A DNA stretch of 64,000 nt from contig CM022674.1 in NCBI GenBank assembly GCA_012295275.1, positions 1,550,001-1,614,000 on the forward strand, in the 5' to 3' direction. The notes below the pieces were generated by a model that had not been told where the DNA came from, made no database searches, and saw only the letters and a program-made list of their open reading frames with translations. The position numbers and the translations under genes were made by a program. Each line of letters begins with the position of its first letter. The stretch's first letter is position 1. Positions 50,966 to 64,000 of this stretch are shown here, piece by piece. This DNA is from Chrysomallon squamiferum (lineage: Eukaryota; Animalia; Mollusca).

Positions 50966-51094
50966 ACTAATTTAAAAAAAAATATATATTTTTATATTTT
51001 TTAGAAGATACATTCATATCTTTACAATAAAGACTTTATATTTTTTTGTTGTTTGTGTTTTTGTTAAATTAGCATTTGATAGCAAGGGGAAATC

Positions 51095-51207
<113 letters not shown>

Positions 51208-51329
51208 ATTATGAACTGTTTTAAATTGAAGCGTACATCAGCGCTGCTTGACGCAGTTAGTTGTCTTCATTCACACAAACACACTGTGCAGTGTTGTCAG
51301 ACGTGTCCTGAATTTCAAACATTAATAAA

Positions 51330-51720
51330 TCAATGAAGGACACATCAGCTTCAGTGTCACTGGATAACGTCATGAGTACCAGTCCGTTCACACTGCTCTC
51401 TGAAGTAGCTTTTCAGATGCCTCAGACCACGGATTCTTCTCTCGCATTCAGCAGTTATTAGTGAACAGAAATCTTAAGATGATGTGCAGACTGGTGTTTG
51501 TTCACCGACCTTGACGTTGCTGAAGCTATCACAGATGCTTGCAGCCACATCCTCTGCGTCAGAAAACCAAGCTGTGAAGCTTGCTTCTGGTCCAGCTCGA
51601 GCATCATTCACAGCATTGGCTACTCCTTCAATCTGACCCTCAGCACTGACAGTGTCCAGCAGTCAGAGTACAGCTTATCTAGCGCTATCTTCTCCTGGTT
51701 TTACTGTTTATAATGGTTAT
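51330..51720 (-). mobile_element. Decayed hAT-superfamily transposase fragment (C-terminal dimerisation domain)
   Basis: Minus strand encodes ITAECERRIRGLRHLKSYFR and then, frame-shifted, SSVNGLVLMTL, matching the hAT dimerisation pattern (T..ECERSFS.L..LK.YLRS.M...RLNGL.L); stops and frameshifts are present. Confidence 0.7.
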
Positions 51721-52197
51721 TGCCAAGTGCTATAACATTTTTTTTTGATATTTCACATCTTCTGTCTTCCACACATCGGGTGTCACACACCAGTGTATAT
51801 ATATAATTAATACAGTTACTTGTCTTTCGCCTTCTGGGGTATAACCACATCACCGGGAAATTGACATTATATATGTCATGTATATATGTGTTATAGTCTG
51901 TGTCAGAATTAAAGAACGGGCATCTGACAATTTTTTTATATTAAAAACAGAAAAAACATACTGTCTACAAAAGTAATTGGTAGTTTTGAATGAAAATTTA
52001 ATGTCTGGTGACTGTCGCTGCATAGTGTTCTGTGCAGAGTCTAAGATTTGTGCAGGAAATGCGACGCCATTTAAAAACAGCGATGCTTCTCTTTAAAATT
52101 TATGTTGGGCGGCGTTTTAGCAGAGGAATAATAATCCGGACCTGTCCAAAAAAATAAATAAATAATGTCCGTCATGATGATGAAAGAACACAACAAA

Positions 52198-52229
<32 letters not shown>

Positions 52230-52371
52230 ATTCACGAATAATAACAACAACAATAATAAGAAGTAACAATAACGACAATCACAACAATAATAACAGAAAT
52301 AACGACAATCAAACAGTTAAAAACATAAACAGTTAAAATAATAAAAAATAAGAAGAAAAAAACAATAGCGC

Positions 52372-52449
<78 letters not shown>

Positions 52450-52499
52450 AAAAGAAGATTTTATCACTAGTTCACTGAATTCTATTTCTGTAATGTAAA

Positions 52500-52893
52500 A
52501 CAGCTAGTGTTTGTTCTCGATCAACTTAATGACAGTTTGCGGTGAACAACAGGACCAGTTTGAATAGAGAGACTAGTTTTTATTTGTTCTCACATAACTC
52601 TAGTTAGATCAGATGGCAGTAATGAGAGATTGTTCAACGTCTGTCGTCAGACTACGTCAAACTACGATTCCAACATATCAGAACTTTCTGTTCATTGCAT
52701 GAGTGATCTTTTACCAACAGTAAGGCAAAGTCAAAGAAAACTTTTGTTTATTGAATGAATGAATAATATAACTTTTCATTTTATTTTTATTTATTTATTT
52801 ATTTATTTATTTATTCAAAGATTAAATAAATTTAGGAACTTCACTAATAAGTGAATGTCACAGAATTATAATATACTTGTCATTTTTCAGATT

Positions 52894-52936
<43 letters not shown>

Positions 52937-53136
52937 TTCATGAAGATAATTAAATAAATTTAGCAATATCTTAATAGACTGCAATATATGTATGTATACA
53001 TAGGTACATTCAGCCACTCTGACAACACACACACACACACACATCCAGACACTCAGATAACACACACACACACACACACACACATCCAGACACTCAGATA
53101 ACACACACACACATACACACACATCCAGACACTCAG

Positions 53137-53173
<37 letters not shown>

Positions 53174-53206
53174 TCAGATAACACACACACACATCCAGAC
53201 ACTCAG

Positions 53207-53244
<38 letters not shown>

Positions 53245-54034
53245 TCTACGATGACAAATGTCGCTAAGATCTGCATGCTCCAGTGATTTTGAGAACAATT
53301 ATTAAATATTTGTCACATCTCTTACAGATATCTTTAACAGTCAGATTTTACACAGACCTGGATTTTCGTTAGTTTGTTTCTACAAGTGGATTTTTAACTA
53401 TCTGAATTTTAATAAGTAAATTTTAATCTGGCACGGATTTTTAATATATTTTTTACAAAAGTAAATTTTAATCAAAAGCAGATTTTTTAAAAAATTTTTT
53501 TATTTGGATTTTAATAAGTGGATTTCTAACTAACAGTTTGGTTCTACAAGTAGATTTTAAACTTTTCTGGATTTCAGTGAGTAGATTTTAATTTGACACG
53601 TATTTTTTTATGATTCTATTATACTGATAATTTTAAATTTAAATGGACTTAGAAAGAACTTGTAGCATGATTTGAAGAGTGAATATTTTACATCTACACA
53701 CATTCATTAGATATTTCAATTGTTGAAATTCTTTAAGACTGACATATAGACACGGACACACATAGATACACATATCCACATATATTTCGTTTTTTTCACT
53801 TTTGGTTACAAAAATGTCTTTTTTGGTTTACATGGAACTTAAATTCCTACAGTGGATGTGTTCTGCGCAATTTTCCGATCTGCGCTATCTGAAGATTGTA
53901 AATATGTTGAAACCAAATTTACTGTAAACTTTGTCTCTCTGATGACGGGAAACCTGCGACGTAGGAAAACTTTTGCTGGATCCCATGGGTGTCCATACCA
54001 GTCAGATACATAAATAAGAACAATATCAACGACG

Positions 54035-54096
<62 letters not shown>

Positions 54097-54509
54097 TTGA
54101 TGATGATAATGATAACAATAATAATGATGGTGATGATGACGATGAAATAATGATAAAAAATATTTTATCAACAGTTTTTTTAGTTCTTTATCTGATATCA
54201 ATTTTGTTTAATCTAATAGAATTATTATTTGTTCTCTATCGATTCAAACAGTTTGCGTTGAACAACGATACCAGTTTGAAGAGACAGACTTGTTTATAGC
54301 TTTGTCACACATAACTCTAGCTAGATGAAATAGTAACTTACAAAGATAAGCTCGATTGATGACTGAAGGTCAGAAGGCATAATATCACTTTTCACTTTGC
54401 AGATATTAAATAATAATAATAATAATAATAATAATAAGAGATAAATAAATTAAGCAATATCTCAAATAATAGACAGCAGTGTATACACAGACAAAACACA
54501 CACACACAC

Positions 54510-54545
<36 letters not shown>

Positions 54546-54986
54546 GCGATCGCGTGCAAATGAAATACCTAAGTTGAGATATGCAGCTAAATTCACCATG
54601 CCCCAGTGGTTTTGAGAACTATTTTTAAATATATGTCACACCTCTTAGAGGCATATCTGAAAATTACGTGTTAAACTGACATGGATTTTCGATAGCTTGG
54701 TTCTACAAGTGCATATTTAACTATCTGAATTTTAACAAGTGGATTTTAATCTGAAGTGAATTTTTAACAGCTTGGTTCTACAAGTAGATGTTTATTTAAC
54801 CTTTTGTGGACTTTAGTGAGTAGATTTTTATTTGACACGTATTTTTATAGATTTTATTTTACTGATGATTTTAAATTTAAATGGACTTAGAAAGAGCTTC
54901 TATCATCATTTGCGGTTTGAATATTTTACAACTACACACATTCATTAGATATTTCAATTTTTCATGTTCTTTAAGACTGACATATA

Positions 54987-55029
<43 letters not shown>

Positions 55030-55541
55030 CATGTTTATAAGATACCGATGTGTGAATTTTATTAATCTAAAGTGAGTCAGTATATACGAAAAAGTTATTT
55101 TATATTCTTCTTTTGTATTTTTGGTCTTGGCATAAAAAAAAATCTTTTTTCGTTTACATTCCTACAGTTCATATGTTCAGCGAGATTTGCCGATTTGCGC
55201 TATCTTAAGATTGTGCTATCAATTCTGAAGATTATAAATATGTCAAAAGAAAATTATGTGTAAATGTTTTCTCTCTAATAAATAGAAATCTGCGATGTAG
55301 GGACACTTTTGTTGGACCTCATGGGTGTCCCTACATTTCAGGTACCCCCTCATGAGAGGGACAAAATGTTCAGACATTTTTATTTTAAAATATTTGCGAT
55401 CTTTATTAACATACAGCATACAGGTGCCTCCAACGAACGTAAACAACAACAACAACACCACCAACAACAACAACATAATAATAATAATAGTAATTTTGTT
55501 TCGACTCAAACAGTTTGCGGTGAACAACGTGACCTGTTAGA
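52500..55541. repeat. Diverged tandem segmental duplication: units of about 1.7 kb and 1.3 kb, with a third unit running into the gap
   Basis: ACAGTTTGCGkTGAACAAC anchor at about 52531, 54248 and 55510; long shared blocks such as TTTAAATTTAAATGGACTTAGAAAGA and CTACACACATTCATTAGATATTTCAATT. Confidence 0.85.
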
Positions 55542-55741
55542 NNNNNNNNNNNNNNNNNNNNNNNNNNNNNNNNNNNNNNNNNNNNNNNNNNNNNNNNNNN
55601 NNNNNNNNNNNNNNNNNNNNNNNNNNNNNNNNNNNNNNNNNNNNNNNNNNNNNNNNNNNNNNNNNNNNNNNNNNNNNNNNNNNNNNNNNNNNNNNNNNNN
55701 NNNNNNNNNNNNNNNNNNNNNNNNNNNNNNNNNNNNNNNNN
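55542..55741. other. Assembly gap (200 N)
   Basis: Run of N. Confidence 1.
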
Positions 55742-55913
55742 TATTTACACTCTTTTTCAGAGCATACCTGCCTTATTGTTGTGTTATTCTTACATCAAAG
55801 ACTAATTACGTGGTAGGGATTAGTGGTAGTGTTATTCCTACATCAAAGACCAGTAACTTTAATACCGACAGTCTATAACTTACATATTCAGATTTCAAGG
55901 ACATGCTTAATCC

Positions 55914-56200
55914 TTACAAAACACATCTCATTAGTGTTGGGCACAGCCTTCGTTGGTCAGTGTTGATAGGTGGTATAAAATACCGTATCTCCTGATCGGA
56001 TTTCTGGAAGGCAAATATTTCAGGAACAAGTTTGATGTGTGTCCACAGACACTGATCTTGTTGGATGACGTGGACAGAGAGAGAGTGCAATGTCTCTTGA
56101 AGCTCCAGTTTGAAAGGAGTCATCTGCAGGAGGACACGGATTTGTCAAATGCAACTCTGGGGGGTGGACAAAGAGGTGTCAAACAAATGTTTCAAGAACA
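55914..56200 (-). mobile_element. Possible DIRS-type tyrosine recombinase fragment
   Basis: ETLHSLS...LVPEIFAFQKSDQ...FIPPINTDQRRLCPTLMRCV resembles the DIRS YR ...DR.LCPVRALR.Y region; short and decayed. Confidence 0.35.
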
Positions 56201-56234
56201 GTCATGTTTCAACTGCTGTAATAAATAGAATACT

Positions 56235-56760
56235 AGGTATCAGGACAACTGCCCCTCGGACAAATGACCCCCGGACAATTGCCCCTTGCACAACTGCACC
56301 CCCCATTTTTTTTTTTCAAATACCATTCAGAGTGATTTTGAAGCGACATTCCAATAAATTAGTCAAAGCTAACTAGAGTCAGTTAATTACTAATTAAATT
56401 TGAGTATTGGATTACTTTGATCTGTTAATAAAACATCTTATAAAATATCATCTAACATCAAAGCTAACTAGAGTCAGCTAATTACTAATTCAGGATAATT
56501 AAATGCTAACGATTCCTTTGATTTGGCAAATGATTTATAACTGAGATGAATGAAACAGTATATTAGATCATGCCTTGTAACAAAAAATATTATAGTCTAT
56601 AAGGTGAAGTTCGCTGACTGACAGTGTGGTCATCAGAAACGTGCCTTCGATAACTATGTATGTATCCGACAGAAGGAACTCAGTTGTGGAGAGGTTTATT
56701 ACCCGTCTGAAGGAAGAAGGCAACACGACTGTAAAGCTAAGCTGGATGCTTCTTTCATTT
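56235..56760 (+). mobile_element. Mutator-like (MULE) element remnant: GGACAA(C/T)TGCCCC terminal subrepeats and a decayed FLYWCH-like coding stretch
   Basis: Four GGACAACTGCCCC-like subrepeats at 56242-56303; 56602-56745 translates with stops as VKFAD*QCGHQKRAFDNYVCIRQKELSCGEVYY..RRRQHDCKAKL. Confidence 0.5.
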
Positions 56761-57475
56761 GAGCCAATGCATCTGGCGCCAAATTCAGCTCATTAGTTTG
56801 ACAGTTCTTTACAATACTGATGAAGAGTTTGTTTGAACTGATACGTCACATAGCTGCAATTGCATTCGTTCCAGTGGAGGAAGTAACGGCAGCTTCTGAA
56901 GCACTATCTGATGATGATGACTCTGTGTTACAAAAACGACAGTTTTATTTATTGTCTGTATAGCAGAGCTGGTCGCAGACGTGATCCACTTTACAATGTT
57001 CGCATGTGGAAAATGGACCAAAGATTGGACAAGAATTTCTAAGCACTTTGACTCGTGTTTGGTGTTTTCGTTAGAGTTTTAATTCCGTATTTTCCATTGT
57101 TTCCCTTATTTATATATATTTTTTTCAATTTTTACTTCATTAATAAACTCCACCAATCCACGCCCTCAATACAAATAATCAGAAATCGTGTCTTGGATCG
57201 ATCGCAGGTGTCAGTTTGACAAAGAAAAACCAGCGTCTGTTTTACTGCAAATATTTTTCAATAGGACATTTTATCAAATTTACGAAAAGTTAATTAAATT
57301 CTTTTTAAAATTAAAATTGGTATAAAACTCGTATTTTTTATTACTGATACATCATTGAATTACAGAATTCTTTACAGAATTTACAGAGATTGTATACAAA
57401 TATACCACTCATACATATATACGTACATATATTCATACGCACACACATATATATGTATTTCCATTTTTTTAATCT

Positions 57476-62146
<4,671 letters not shown>

Positions 62147-64000
62147 CTGTAAAATCCTAGCACTAAGAAACAAACAGGGTTTACAGTTCTGTCACTGAAC
62201 ATTTGTTAATTATGCACGTGAATATTTAAATCTATTATGAAGCCATGAACAAAGATGAAAAGATATAAATACATTCTGCACACAAGCATATTCACGCCTT
62301 ACAAACATGTAAGTGTATAATATGTGTTTTTATGTATGTGTGTTAATTGTATTTAAATATGAATATTCTTTGCCTTATGTATGTTTGTATGAATTATTAT
62401 ATGTATATATCTGTATATGTAAGTATGTATAATGCCGTTCTTGTTGCATTCATTGTTTTCATTTTTCACATTATGATAAATTAATCAAAAATAATCTTAT
62501 ACAGCCTTTCTTAAATTACTGTTAATCCTTATTTTAGAAAATACATTTAATAATGGAATGGAAAAATATTTCAGCGCAAAGACCCAAGATAAACCGTGAA
62601 TCGAAATTAACTCTGCTAATTAAATTTCATTTCTGGTATATGTGATCACAAAATAAATCACTAAATACATAAATAATTAAATAAATGAATAATTAAATAA
62701 ATAAATAATTTTATAAATAGTAGTAGCAGTAGTAGTAGTAGAAAATACTAAGATAAGTCATAATTAGGTTTATTTTTAGCTACGATTTTGTTTACTTATT
62801 ACTACATCAATATTTTAATTATAAAGCAAACGTGATTAATAAATTATTAAAACTGAGTAACATCTAACAGAAGCATGTACACAAATCAATATAAACTATT
62901 GTATTTATTTATTTATTTATTTATTGATTTTACATCCTTACATTATTTTATTTTCAATAGAGGACAGTGAAATGTTGTTTACTGAGAAGACGTTTCTGTG
63001 GTAGAAAGAACGAAAGAAACTTGAACAAACACCTCGTCACTTGCGGAATTAAAGAAGGAAAAGTCACCGTGGTGTTTTGTAAACTGGGATTTCCTTAGCA
63101 ACAGTGAGACGTCAGTGAAAACAACAAAACTGTGACGTCAGTGAAAAAGCAATTAGCGAAAATTGAAAAGGAGAGAGAAAACAAGGAACTAGCAAAACTA
63201 TAATATCAAAGAGAGAACGAAAACGAGACAAAGGAAAGAGAACAAAAGGAAAAGAGAGATAAAGAGAGAGACAGAAAAGTGATAAATTTCATCCTGTTTT
63301 AAGTCAGTTTCTTTGATACTGTTATTTTAAAAGTGTTAGATAAATACTTTGTAACGTAATCTTTGTGTTCAAATAACTCTAATAATTTGTCAAATGTTAA
63401 CACCTACCTCACCGAAAGAGAAGAAAAAATGTAGATAGAAAAAAATAGAAGAAAACAAGAGTGATAAACATTGGTAATAATACTAAATAGCAGTAACAAC
63501 AATAATGATAGTGATAATTATTATAATAAAAATAATAATAACGATCATGATAAGAATAATACACAAAAATTTACATGTTTAAAAAAGAAACAAAGAATCA
63601 CAAATAGGATATATTCACTCAAGTAATAATACTACCTGTGATGATAACTGTGATGATAAAACTATCCTAAGCTAATCTGCATTCCAAATTAAACAGATGA
63701 CACAAAGCTAATTTAAGAGACTGAAAGACTTCTTTTATTCATTCATTCCTCTCTGTCATTCCTTATTCCATTCATTCATTCATGCATTAATTGATTCACT
63801 AAATCAGTAACTGAAAAAAGTCATACCTGTATTGTTTTTAAAACTGGTTGTGAAGACGATGTACGTAACAGCCGAACAGAGAATTATTAAAACGAAGAGA
63901 AATTTCTTCCTGACAAAAGTAGTAAATAAATAAATAAGTGATTTAATAGCATAAGGATATAAATTAAATTAATTAATTAATATATATGTAAATAAAATAA

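Overview
AT-rich, microsatellite-dense animal genomic DNA with GT-AG spliceosomal introns. A lophotrochozoan such as a mollusc is my inference, not proven. I reconstructed six multi-exon genes by hand: (1) a Mn-CDF/metal tolerance protein (minus, 2903-9210), head-to-head with (2) ATAD3 (plus, 10967-19374); (3) an unrecognised 907-aa tail-anchored protein with a decapeptide repeat and a KASH-like but PPP-less C-terminus (minus, 27327-31921), head-to-head with (4) a 91-aa two-EF-hand protein (plus, 33137-34911); and (5,6) a convergent pair of DUF1647 type-II membrane paralogs (plus 41647-50823; minus 57476 to about 62146). The DUF1647 pair is separated by hAT, MULE and DIRS-like remnants, a kb-scale tandem duplication and a 200-N gap. 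The most notable observations are the divergent KASH-like protein, a recurring pattern of tandem duplications that copy splice sites or exon ends, and DUF1647 stems built from small symmetric phase-1 exons. Two 1-bp T-run deletions and one 44-nt insertion break conserved CDSs and are probably assembly errors. Most short ORFs in the supplied track are microsatellite artefacts. No rRNA, tRNA or CRISPR array was found.
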